A stretch of DNA of 64,000 bases from contig CM052817.1 in assembly GCA_028534125.1 (NCBI GenBank), positions 10,480,001 through 10,544,000 on the forward strand. Reading direction: 5' to 3'. This document shows positions 63,701 through 64,000 of the stretch, piece after piece (position 1 is the first letter of the stretch; every line of letters begins with the position of its first letter). Both the position numbers and the translations under genes were made by a program. This DNA comes from Lama glama. Lineage: Eukaryota. Below the pieces are notes generated by a model, which saw nothing but the letters and a program-made list of their open reading frames with translations, did not search any database and was not told where the DNA came from.

Positions 63701-64000
63701 GAGGAAATGCCCTCCAAGCATTACTGATGATGCTTACCTCATAATTAGATTATGGAAGAACTTTTGTTTTTTCATTGTTCTTAGTGTAACTAGCCCATTC
63801 TGCCATAGCAAATGGGGTATTTTTCAAAGTGAAAAACAAACAAACAATCAAACGGCAAATCAGATTATTCAAAGGCAGGACTAAGTAAGACACACATATT
63901 TTTAGAAAAGCCTGTAAAGATAACGTAATTCTCTGTTTGCTCCAGACAATATGGAGAATTTGTCTTGTACAAAGGGAGTGGCTTTATTACTATGCCCCCA

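Noticed and set aside
1..64000. A novel multi-gene biological system
   Set aside because: No intact genes, RNA genes or unexplained large-scale repeat architecture were found. All large structures are explained by known mammalian transposon classes.

Overview
This is eukaryotic (placental mammal) non-coding genomic DNA, not a prokaryotic locus. A tRNA-derived SINE of the camelid type (29940-30091) and the style of the young L1 3' UTRs suggest a camelid; that is an inference. I find no supportable protein-coding gene, RNA gene, CRISPR array or operon-like system. The window is a mosaic of interspersed repeats (L1 3' fragments, L2, MIR, MaLR/MLT1 LTRs, ERV1-type solo LTRs with intact 4-bp TSDs, hAT MITEs), microsatellites, one 500-N scaffold gap and several repeat-free blocks that look like enhancers or conserved non-coding elements. 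The only ORFs with recognisable homology are frameshifted pieces of L1 ORF2 (45839-46685). The most interesting observations are: (i) a MER58B copy with a strongly one-directional A/T-to-G/C substitution pattern, a possible GC-biased gene conversion footprint; (ii) two independent MER41-like solo LTRs that both carry TTCCTGGGAA (a STAT-type site with N4 spacing); (iii) candidate cis-regulatory blocks. Repeat family names come from my recall of consensus sequences and need RepeatMasker/Dfam confirmation. Boundaries without a TSD are approximate.
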